Shown here in pieces: positions 53,250 to 61,478 of a stretch of 64,000 nucleotides of DNA. The stretch is from Micavibrio aeruginosavorus (GTDB taxonomy: Bacteria > Pseudomonadota > Alphaproteobacteria > Micavibrionales > Micavibrionaceae). The first letter of the stretch is position 1. Every line of letters starts with the position of its first letter. The stretch is from NCBI GenBank assembly GCA_003241475.1, contig QFQB01000001.1, forward strand, positions 24,997 through 88,996. The letters are read 5' to 3'. Under the pieces are notes generated by a model. That model saw only the letters and a program-made list of their open reading frames with translations. It was not told where the DNA came from and did no database searches. Both the position numbers and the translations under genes were made by a program.

Positions 53250-55043
53250 TTAGTTCTGGGTCTGGGCTTGTGAACCCGTCGATTCCGCCATGGACTGGTC
53301 GGTGGCGTTGTAAACGTCTTCGGCGCGGTCGCGCAGGCGAACTTCCAGAATCATGGATAACAGCATTTCCCGTCGTTGCAGGGCGGCCTGAATATCGCGG
53401 TCTTGCATCAATTTCACGGCCTGCATGGAGGCGCGCATGCGCTGGATGTTGGCGGGCTTGTCATAGAGGTTGGTGTAGAAATTGGGGTTTTGGTAGATTT
53501 TACGCGTCAATACTTCCATTTGTGCATAATAGCTGGGATTTTCACCGAGGTATTTTGTGATTTCCTCTTCTTCCGCAACGCCAAGCTCGCGGATGAGAGC
53601 TTTAAGATAGGGCGCGTTTCCTTGACCGGCCTCGCTATTGGGCGTTGCAGTTTTTAGGGCGATCAGGTTGGCAATGGAGTTGCGTGCAATCCCCCGCATA
53701 GCGGTGATAGAGCGCAGATTCATGTAATGCGTTTGGAACTTTACCATGTCAGTGGCCGAAGCCGGCGGACGTTTTGGCGGATTGTGGGCAAAAAGATAAT
53801 CAACAAGTGCGAAGACTGTTTCCTCATCTTCGGTTGTAACATCGTCTGTAAGGTCGATCGCAAGAGACAAAGGCTGATCAAGCGTTTGTGTGTAATTTAT
53901 ATCGCTATTGCGTAAGTTTTCGGGGCCAGGCTCCGTGCATATTGTTGCCATGCCGGTTGCATTGTCGCCTGGATCGCAAAAACGCTCCCGGTATTGCGTC
54001 CAGCGGGAAAGATTGTCGGAATCCGGATTGCTGGCTAGGCTCTCGCCGCTTGCCATCTCTCTCTGAAGCAGTTGATTTGCGACAGACGCATGCGTTACTT
54101 TTGCCAAGCGGTCGGTCGAGGCAAGATCACGAGCAAAAGTCCCGAACGTGCACATCTGTTCGCTTGGATGATAATCTTTGTGCGCTTCGGCGACTTTGAG
54201 CTGGAATAGGCGTTGCGTTTCCAATTGGTGCTTCGCGTCCAGCATCATGCCGATAGCTTCAACTTGCGCGATCATATTGACCGTGAATTGTTCGGCCATC
54301 AGCGCCAGAGCGGGGAGCCACCAATCGCGCAAAGGATTGGCAGGTCCGTCAAGAACGAGACCGCCGCTACCTGCAATGAAATCCATTTGCGCCTGCGTTG
54401 CGGTTTGGCTACTGATGCCGACGGCATTGTTGGGAACCGGCGTACAGTTTCCCGGCACGGGAAGATCTTTGTGCGCGCAAACATAGTAGGATGCTTGCGT
54501 ATTTCCATCGTTGTCGCCGTGTCCGTTGGCAAGGATCGCCGCACATTGTTTGGGGCCGCCCAAGTGGACGGCGGCAATGAGGCCCGACATGGTCACGTGG
54601 CAGCTTAGAGGGGTTTGACCTGTCTTGGTCCCAGTTACCCATGCTCCGCCGTTGGCAAGCAACTTCTGGCAGGAGCTGTTGTTTTCTATAAGCTTCTGGT
54701 TTTCGGCTGTAAGCGCATCCATCGTACATTCCTGCACGGCCTTGCAATTTTCATTGTGGAGCCATGCTTGAAGGTCCAAACAACTGCTTCCGTTGCATGA
54801 GGGATATTTCCGGATAAAATATTCACGGTTGTATTTGGTAAACTGATATCGGCCTGCGGTTCCTGATGCAGAATTATAAGAGGAATAATTGCCTGTTCCT
54901 GCAGACTCCGTGCTGTGCAATGAATTTTTGATAGCCGTGTAATCGCACGAGGCTGTGCCGACGTTTGTTTGCGCATGCGCCGTGCCTGTTAGCGCAACAA
55001 GCGAAAGGACAAGGGCCAATGTGAGCGCAATCAAGCGGTTCAT
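53250..55043 (-). CDS. secreted protein, paralogue A of a T4BSS-embedded family (N-terminal SLT/lysozyme-like domain)
   Basis: ATG 55041-55043 (MNRLIALTLALVLSLVALTGTAHA-Q) gives an ATGA overlap with the upstream gene; the ORF-track start 55073 is less likely. The N-terminal ~170 aa carry TESAGTGNYSSYNSASGTAGRYQF. The C-terminal ~350 aa are shared with paralogues B and C (MLDAKHQLETQRLFQ, AHKDYHPSEQMCTFGT, NPSYYAQMEVLTRKIYQNPNFYTNLYDKPANIQR). Confidence 0.8.
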   Translation of the reverse strand: MNRLIALTLALVLSLVALTGTAHAQTNVGTASCDYTAIKNSLHSTESAGTGNYSSYNSASGTAGRYQFTKYNREYFIRKYPSCNGSSCLDLQAWLHNENCKAVQECTMDALTAENQKLIENNSSCQKLLANGGAWVTGTKTGQTPLSCHVTMSGLIAAVHLGGPKQCAAILANGHGDNDGNTQASYYVCAHKDLPVPGNCTPVPNNAVGISSQTATQAQMDFIAGSGGLVLDGPANPLRDWWLPALALMAEQFTVNMIAQVEAIGMMLDAKHQLETQRLFQLKVAEAHKDYHPSEQMCTFGTFARDLASTDRLAKVTHASVANQLLQREMASGESLASNPDSDNLSRWTQYRERFCDPGDNATGMATICTEPGPENLRNSDINYTQTLDQPLSLAIDLTDDVTTEDEETVFALVDYLFAHNPPKRPPASATDMVKFQTHYMNLRSITAMRGIARNSIANLIALKTATPNSEAGQGNAPYLKALIRELGVAEEEEITKYLGENPSYYAQMEVLTRKIYQNPNFYTNLYDKPANIQRMRASMQAVKLMQDRDIQAALQRREMLLSMILEVRLRDRAEDVYNATDQSMAESTGSQAQTQN

Positions 55044-55594
55044 GCCGCCCCGCGATCTTGAATCGTGTGACACATGCCTAAAATTTCAGTACGGCCTAAA
55101 ATTTCAACGCAAGCTTCCACCGGCCCCATGGGAAGCGGGGCTTCAAGTTCAAGCCGTCCGCTCCAGTCAAAAGACATAAGGGTATAAGCTTTTTCGCCGT
55201 TCAGGGTAAGGCTTACGGAATCCTCCATTTTAAAGCCGTCGACTAGAACGGTCAGGGCGGGCGTCTGATCGGTTACTGTGAGAATGATATCGCGGTAATC
55301 GCCGGCCGGAAGCTGTATGGCAGAGGAAAGTCTGTATGGGAAGGATGGCGCAGGGAGTGCATCGATATTACCGCTTTGCAAAGCAGTTGCGCGCCCTTTT
55401 TCCGTCAATATGGTTTCAATCCGGCTTTGAGGCGGGACATCGGAAAATGTAAGAAAAGGCGTTTTCTGAACGGAATTTCGTACTACCGCTGTAAATGTGA
55501 AAATCCCGCTACCGCAGAACAACAGCGCCAAAAATAGGGAGATGGCTACGTTGCGGGATTTTTTTGTAAAAGTGGGCAGGTTCATCCGGACCAC
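55040..55594 (-). CDS. small membrane-anchored hypothetical protein
   Basis: 184 aa (GTG 55594 or ATG 55585). One N-terminal TM segment (VAISLFLALLFCGSGIFTFTAV). Sits 3 nt after the stop of paralogue B, and its stop overlaps the ATG of paralogue A. Confidence 0.6.
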   Translation of the reverse strand: MVRMNLPTFTKKSRNVAISLFLALLFCGSGIFTFTAVVRNSVQKTPFLTFSDVPPQSRIETILTEKGRATALQSGNIDALPAPSFPYRLSSAIQLPAGDYRDIILTVTDQTPALTVLVDGFKMEDSVSLTLNGEKAYTLMSFDWSGRLELEAPLPMGPVEACVEILGRTEILGMCHTIQDRGAA

Positions 55595-55597
55595 CCT

Positions 55598-56944
55598 CTA
55601 TTCCAGCGTGACAAGTTCGCCGTCTTCGTTCAACTGGCGGATTTCATTCGACAAGGCATCTTGCTGTTCCATCAATGCGGTTTCCAGCATGACCGATAAA
55701 GTTGCCTCGCTTCGAAGAACGCTACGATACATATCCCGACGTTGCATAAGTTCGATGGCCTGCATGGCGACGGTTTTGCGCTCTACGTTTGCTGGTTTGT
55801 CGTAGAGTTCTGTGTAGAAGTTCGGGTTTTGATACAGTTTTTTAGTCAGAATCTCCATTTGAGCAAAGTAGCTTGGACGATCTCCAAGGAGCTTTTCGAT
55901 CTCCACGTCGCTCTGCACGCCCATTTCCTTCATGATGGCATACAGATAAGGCTCAACTTCTTTTTCACCCTGCGATTTCATTGAAGCGATAGCCGCAAAA
56001 GAGTTGCTTGCGACAGATCGTTTTGCGGCAATGGCGCGGATCGCCATATAGTTTCTTGCCAGATCCGTAGGTTCTCCTGCCTGATTGGTCAAAAATTTCA
56101 GAGCAACGCTCGGGGCCACCCTATGTGCATAGAGATTGGAGGCCAGGGCAAAAAGGTCTTCTTCGTTTGCTGAAATCGTTTGCGCGTGAAGGTTTGCATC
56201 GTGATCCGGGTCGCCCTCCGCCGTAAGATCGAGTTTCAACGTAAGCGGTTCGTCGACAAGATTGGTATAGCTAATGTCATTATTGATACGTGTGCTATCG
56301 ACCGATCCCGCCGGGCATAACGGTTGCAGACCATTTCCGTTATCTGATGTGCTGCAATAAATCTCGCGGTATTGGTTGATACGGCTCAGGGTATCGGCTG
56401 CTTGGCTGCCGCCCGCAAGAGTATCGCCTGAGAGCAATTCACGTTGTATCACTCTGTTCGAAAAGGCCATGGCCGAAAGGTCTGTGTTGCGGTCGGAAGC
56501 GGCAAGAGAACGGGTGATCGTACCGAAGGTGCACATGCCCTCGCTGGGGTGATAGTCCTTGTGCGCGCGCGCCATTAATTCCTGAAAGAGCCTTTGAGTT
56601 TCAAGCTGGTGTTTCGCGTCGAGAAAGCTCCCTATGATCATGACCTGCTGCATGGCTGTTGTCGTCAGCTGTTCGGTCATCAGCATCAGTGCTGGCAGGA
56701 TATTTTGTTCGAAGAAAGTTTTTATCAGCCATTCGCGGTGGTTGGTGAATTCGTCATGAACATGCTGGATCGTTCCTTCGGTCTGTTGCTGGGAAATAGT
56801 CGTACAGTTTCCATCGCAAGCGCTGACTTCGCCGCAGCAAAACTGCGCCTTGGCGCTATTGGCGCCGCCGCCTATCAGGAATGCTACGAGCGCAAGCGCA
56901 AGCGCTGTTTTTTTAAGGATTGATGCGGTTGCGGTATTTTTCAT
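55598..56944 (-). CDS. secreted protein, paralogue B of a T4BSS-embedded family
   Basis: 448 aa. Signal peptide ...GGGANSAKA-Q, Cys cluster FCCGEVSACDGNC, then the shared domain (FLDAKHQLETQRLFQ, AHKDYHPSEGMCTFGT, YCSTSDNGNGLQPLC, RPSYFAQMEILTKKLYQNPNFYTELYDKPANVER). TAATG overlap with paralogue C. Confidence 0.8.
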   Translation of the reverse strand: MKNTATASILKKTALALALVAFLIGGGANSAKAQFCCGEVSACDGNCTTISQQQTEGTIQHVHDEFTNHREWLIKTFFEQNILPALMLMTEQLTTTAMQQVMIIGSFLDAKHQLETQRLFQELMARAHKDYHPSEGMCTFGTITRSLAASDRNTDLSAMAFSNRVIQRELLSGDTLAGGSQAADTLSRINQYREIYCSTSDNGNGLQPLCPAGSVDSTRINNDISYTNLVDEPLTLKLDLTAEGDPDHDANLHAQTISANEEDLFALASNLYAHRVAPSVALKFLTNQAGEPTDLARNYMAIRAIAAKRSVASNSFAAIASMKSQGEKEVEPYLYAIMKEMGVQSDVEIEKLLGDRPSYFAQMEILTKKLYQNPNFYTELYDKPANVERKTVAMQAIELMQRRDMYRSVLRSEATLSVMLETALMEQQDALSNEIRQLNEDGELVTLE

Positions 56945-58989
56945 TAGTTTTTACCTCCCGCAGGATCCATGTTGCCTATGATGTTTTCTATCTTGCCCTG
57001 CTCTTTCTGGAGCATGGTTTCCAGCAAGACGGAAAGGACGGCCTCGCTACGCAACAAACTGTTGTATAGGTCACGGTCCTGCATCAGGCCGATGGCCTGT
57101 AGCGCAGCCCCTTTACGCTCGATGTTGGCGGGTTTGTCGTAAAGGTCTGTGTAGAATACAGGGTTTTGGTATAACTTTTTGGTCAACACTTCCATTTGTG
57201 CGAAATAGCTGGGGTTCGCGCCGAGAAGCTTTTCGATTTCCGCATCATCGGCAACGCCGAGTTCCTTAATGATGGCTTTTGTATAAGGTGCGGAACCGGG
57301 AACATTTCCGGCGGCGCGCATAGCCGTCAAGGCGGCAAAGGAGTTTTGCGCAACAGAGCGTTTTGCGAAAATCGCGCGCTGATCGAGATATTTTTCCTGA
57401 GCGCTCAAGCGGATTCTTTCTTCTTCTTCGCCGTCGGCATAGCCAAACAGCGAAGGAGATATTTTTGTCGGCATTTCATGCGAATACAGGTTTGCAGCCA
57501 ATGCAAAAACATCCGTTTCATCCGCGGTTGCTGCGGGATCAAGCTGGAAGTCCATATCGAGCGTCAGGCGGGATTCGATGTTGCGGGTGTAGTCGACATC
57601 GATATTCCGCCGTGCCGGCGTAACAGCGGCAGGGCAGATAGTGCCAAGTCCGTTGCCGTTGTCTGCCTGATCGCAATAAGTAGATATAAATTGCGCCATG
57701 CGTCCGCGCAGATCGCTGTCTTCGAATTCATAGGAGATGTTTTGCCCCGATGCGGTTTGCCTTTGCATCATGCGGTTGGCATACGCAATCTGAGCGAGAT
57801 TCGAGCGGCGATCGGATTCTGCAAGCGAGCGCACAGCCGTGCCGATTGTACACATACCCTCGCTGGGGTGGTAATCTTTGTGGGCTTCTGCAGTGAGCGT
57901 CTGGAACAAGCGCTGGGTTTCCAGCTGGTGCTTCGCATCGAGGAACGTGCCAATAACCTCAACCTGATAGATGCCGGCAACTGTGAGCTGTTCGGCCATC
58001 AGCATCAATGCGGGCAGGAGGTGTTCGATAAAGAAGGTGGTTAGCAACCAGCGTCTGTGCACTTCGAACTGGTCCGTTACATCGGTGCGGATCTGGACAT
58101 GGTGTTGGGGAATGGAAACCATGCAAATTGTGCAAGCGCAGTTTCCGATAGAGCCAAGACCCAGCGCTGCAAATGCCTGCGACCCGAGGCCGTTGAAAAG
58201 ACCACCCGCCAGCGCGCTGGTTAGGTCGCCGCCAAGCAGGGCGCCAAGAGCATTGTCCACAAGGCCGCCAGCGAGAGCATTCAATCCGCCGATCAAACCC
58301 TCTTGCAAGCCAGCGAGGCCGAGAAGGTCTGCAAGACCTGGAACAGCGGCGGCGATAGTATTCACCAATGCTTCGATTGATTGGTCGTTCAAAAGATTGT
58401 TCATCGCGTTGACATCAAAATTGGAACCAAGCGCGGCTTGTAGAACTTGGTCAATAGCCGTTGCGGCCTTTTCGGGCGAAAGCGAGCTGAGGGCGTTTTT
58501 CAGGCTGGGATCCGATAAAGCTTGTTGCAGGCCTGCGGCAGTTGTTATCTGCCCTAAATTTTTATTGGAAGAGATCGCATTTGCCACATTCGCGTCGACA
58601 GTCCCGGCGAACATCCCGTCCACCAGCGCTGCGGCGGTTTGAGTGCTGGCACCGTTCGCGGACAGGTTGGTAAGAACGCTATTCCATTGCTGTGCCGATG
58701 CGCCTGAGGGATTTGCGGAAAAAAGTGTATTGGCAATGGCCGAAGTATCCGCGCCGCTTTGCAACAACTGCGTTACATTGGTTCCTAGAGCTCCCGGGTT
58801 TTGTAAAAGCGTCTCGGCCGTAACGCCCGTGGCAGATGTTTGGGCGTATGCTGGTTTTAACAAGGCGTTCGCAGGCATGCCTGACACAAATGTCAAAAAC
58901 ATGCATGAGCCTAGTCCAAGCCTGCGTAGTAACCCGTTTCTCACCGATGCCCTCTCCAGCAAAATCCCCGCGCCGCGATGGTAACCCAT
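56944..58989 (-). CDS. secreted protein, paralogue C of a T4BSS-embedded family (N-terminal A/L/G/N-rich low-complexity region)
   Basis: The ORF-track start 59052 is a TTG; ATG 58987-58989 (MGYHRGAG...) with AAGGGA upstream is preferred. Signal peptide ends ...KPAYA-Q. About 230 aa of low complexity follow (GLIGGLNALAGGLVDNALGALLGGDL), then the Cys cluster GNCACTIC and the shared domain. Confidence 0.8.
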   Translation of the reverse strand: MGYHRGAGILLERASVRNGLLRRLGLGSCMFLTFVSGMPANALLKPAYAQTSATGVTAETLLQNPGALGTNVTQLLQSGADTSAIANTLFSANPSGASAQQWNSVLTNLSANGASTQTAAALVDGMFAGTVDANVANAISSNKNLGQITTAAGLQQALSDPSLKNALSSLSPEKAATAIDQVLQAALGSNFDVNAMNNLLNDQSIEALVNTIAAAVPGLADLLGLAGLQEGLIGGLNALAGGLVDNALGALLGGDLTSALAGGLFNGLGSQAFAALGLGSIGNCACTICMVSIPQHHVQIRTDVTDQFEVHRRWLLTTFFIEHLLPALMLMAEQLTVAGIYQVEVIGTFLDAKHQLETQRLFQTLTAEAHKDYHPSEGMCTIGTAVRSLAESDRRSNLAQIAYANRMMQRQTASGQNISYEFEDSDLRGRMAQFISTYCDQADNGNGLGTICPAAVTPARRNIDVDYTRNIESRLTLDMDFQLDPAATADETDVFALAANLYSHEMPTKISPSLFGYADGEEEERIRLSAQEKYLDQRAIFAKRSVAQNSFAALTAMRAAGNVPGSAPYTKAIIKELGVADDAEIEKLLGANPSYFAQMEVLTKKLYQNPVFYTDLYDKPANIERKGAALQAIGLMQDRDLYNSLLRSEAVLSVLLETMLQKEQGKIENIIGNMDPAGGKN

Positions 58990-59231
58990 AATCCCTTGAA
59001 AAAACGAAGTTTCTTCAGGGCTTAGGAAAATTCTACCACAGTTTAAAACCAAAACGCACGTTTGTCTCCCCCGCTTTGAGCGGGTTTTTCATTTTCGGGG
59101 GGACAACTTGCAAGTCGGAAATTGTTCTTTGTGGATGAATATGTTCCAATAGGGAGAGATTTGGCTTTTTGCAGGCCCGATCTGCTACATGACGTAATCA
59201 ACTTTCATCCAGCTGAATCTTTCGGATATCC

Positions 59232-59966
59232 ATGGCAGACGACATAGAAGACAAGGCACAAAACCCTCGCAACTCCAGGCCGCCTGCGCGTCCGGGCGCG
59301 AAACGCCCCCAGAAATCCGCGATGAGCAAGTCCGAGGCGATGGATACAAGCGGCCTTGGCCGCGTTGTTGTCCGTAACGAATTCTACCGTGACGGCTATA
59401 GGCTAGCGCTCCGAGTGGCGGTCATCCAGTGTTTTGTCATTTTTGGCCTTATTGGCGCGATGTTCTTCATTATATATGTTCATCAGCCTGAAAACCGCTA
59501 TTTCGCGACAACCGAGGACGGCCGTTTGATCCCGATGGTCCCGCTCACCCAGCCGAACCTGTCCACGCCGGCCTTGCTATCATGGGTGGCGCAGGCGGCC
59601 TCCGAGACTATGTCGTTCTCATTCAGCAACTACCGCCGCAACCTCCAAGAAGCATCGCGCAATTTCACACGTTCGGGATGGGAGAGCTTTTCGGCGGCGC
59701 TTCAACAGGCGCGAATCATCGAGTCGATCGAGGCGAATACGCAAGAATTGAGCGCCGTCCCGCGGGGTGCGCCGATCCTGAAGTCCGAGGGTATCGTGGC
59801 AGGGCAGTATCAATGGGTCGTTCAGATCCCTATGATACTTAGCTTCGTGTCTGGATCGAAGTCCCGGGCGGAAAACTGGCTGGTCACAATCGTTATCGTG
59901 CGCGTTCCAAGGCTTGAAAGCCCGAACGGTGTGGGGATTGCGCAATGGATTGCCGTGCCGGGTTAA
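59232..59966 (+). CDS. icmL: type IVB secretion inner-membrane protein IcmL/DotI
   Basis: 244 aa. VVVRNEFYRDGYRLALRVAVIQCFVIFGLIGAMFFI (the NxFYRDGY-plus-TM hallmark) and a periplasmic domain with PALLSWVAQAASETMSFSFSNYRRNL. Followed by icmK. Confidence 0.85.
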   Translation: MADDIEDKAQNPRNSRPPARPGAKRPQKSAMSKSEAMDTSGLGRVVVRNEFYRDGYRLALRVAVIQCFVIFGLIGAMFFIIYVHQPENRYFATTEDGRLIPMVPLTQPNLSTPALLSWVAQAASETMSFSFSNYRRNLQEASRNFTRSGWESFSAALQQARIIESIEANTQELSAVPRGAPILKSEGIVAGQYQWVVQIPMILSFVSGSKSRAENWLVTIVIVRVPRLESPNGVGIAQWIAVPG

Positions 59967-60014
59967 CGGGTGCGCTTTGGCCTGCCTGATGTTGCAAAGT
60001 TTGGTATAAAGATT

Positions 60015-61478
60015 ATGACGAGACGAAAAATTTCAATTTCTTTCAGCCGCCGGAGTAAAGCCGCTCTTGCCGCGACCTTGGTTTGCGGCGTAGCGTTGAT
60101 CGCATTGTCGTTGCCGGTGGTGGCTCAAGAGGCTGAGCAACAACTTCCAGATGCGCTGGTGGATCAGCAAATTCCCAATGCCTTTCCGCAAAGCGGCGAG
60201 GCAACGACACAACAAAATACTGATTCGGCCCCAGCGGCAAAAGCGCCAGCGAAAGCGACACCTTCTTCGAAGGCTGTATCCGAGATGGAAAGCAGCGAGC
60301 AAACACAAACTGCGCCAGCTGTGGATAATGCGCCTGCGCAACCCGAGCAGGCCAAATTGGTTCCGTCGCGCGCTATGGGGGCGGCGGCACAAAAGGTTCA
60401 AAGCGGTGGGGCGGCGGCCCCAAGTGCCGATCCGTCCGCAGAAGGGGTTGATCTTTCGCACGATGTTGCGCCTGCTTTGCCCGATATGCTTGATCGGTAT
60501 GCGACTCCTCAAACGGAAGGTGGCGCTCCGGAACAGCAAAATGGCGAAGCGTTGCCAGAAGTGTCCGACCGCACCATGGTTGAATTACAGGCCAGCGGGT
60601 TTGAGAATGCTGGGGCTCAGCGGGTTAAGGTCCCTGTAGATGGTTTCGGCGGCGGCAAAACGCCAGAGGAGATGCAAGAAGAGATCCGTAGCGAGGCTTT
60701 CGATGCGGCGATTACCGGCTTGTTCCCACTTAGTCCCGATCAGATTCAAGGGCTTCTTAAACGCTACGACGGCACGCAAAAAGCTGCCAGCGAACCGACA
60801 TATGCCACGCCGAAGCCGGAAATCAGCGTGCAGAACGTTTCGCTGGATCCCGGCGTTGCGCCGCCTACCATCAAAACGGCTGTCGGCAATGTCACGACGC
60901 TCAACATGCTTGATGCGACAGGCGCTCCTTGGCCTGTGCAGGATGTAACATGGGCTGGGGATTTTGAAATCGTTGAGCCGGAAGAGGGCGGGCATATCGT
61001 GCGGATCACGCCGATGAGCCATTTTGCCCGCGGGAACATCGTTATCCGTCTTCTGACGCTCAAAACGCCTTTGACCCTGACGCTGGAAACCAGCCGCGAT
61101 GTTGTGCAGTACCGCGTCGATGCGCGCATCCCCGAATATGGACCGTTTGCCAATGCGCCTCTTATGCAGGGCGCAAAGTCGACTTTGGTGGCGGGATCAC
61201 CCGATCTGACGTCGCTCTTGGACGGCGTTATGCCGGGCGGCATGACCAAATTGAGCGTGAACGGCGTCGATGGCCGCACCACGGCTTATGAAATGAACGG
61301 CACCACTTATGTTCGCACGCCGCTGACGCTATTGTCGCCTGCGTGGATGAGTTCCGTCTCGTCTGCCGATGGCATGAATGTATATGCCCTGAACAACGCC
61401 CCAGTCTTGTTGCTGTCCGACGGCGGCGAGTTCATGCGGGCCACTTTGAAGGAAAAAGAGGATCTTCTCGATGAGTAA
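60015..61478 (+). CDS. icmK: type IVB secretion outer-membrane core protein IcmK/DotH
   Basis: ATG 60015 (MTRRKISISF...SLPVVAQ-E signal) is preferred over the ORF-track GTG 59970. A/P/Q-rich N-terminal extension. Conserved C-terminal half: LSPDQIQGLLKRY, PKPEISVQNVSLDPGVAPPTIKTAVGNVTTLNMLDATGAPWPV, GNIVIRLLTLKTPLTLTL, VQYRVDARIPEYGP. Confidence 0.85.
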   Translation: MTRRKISISFSRRSKAALAATLVCGVALIALSLPVVAQEAEQQLPDALVDQQIPNAFPQSGEATTQQNTDSAPAAKAPAKATPSSKAVSEMESSEQTQTAPAVDNAPAQPEQAKLVPSRAMGAAAQKVQSGGAAAPSADPSAEGVDLSHDVAPALPDMLDRYATPQTEGGAPEQQNGEALPEVSDRTMVELQASGFENAGAQRVKVPVDGFGGGKTPEEMQEEIRSEAFDAAITGLFPLSPDQIQGLLKRYDGTQKAASEPTYATPKPEISVQNVSLDPGVAPPTIKTAVGNVTTLNMLDATGAPWPVQDVTWAGDFEIVEPEEGGHIVRITPMSHFARGNIVIRLLTLKTPLTLTLETSRDVVQYRVDARIPEYGPFANAPLMQGAKSTLVAGSPDLTSLLDGVMPGGMTKLSVNGVDGRTTAYEMNGTTYVRTPLTLLSPAWMSSVSSADGMNVYALNNAPVLLLSDGGEFMRATLKEKEDLLDE

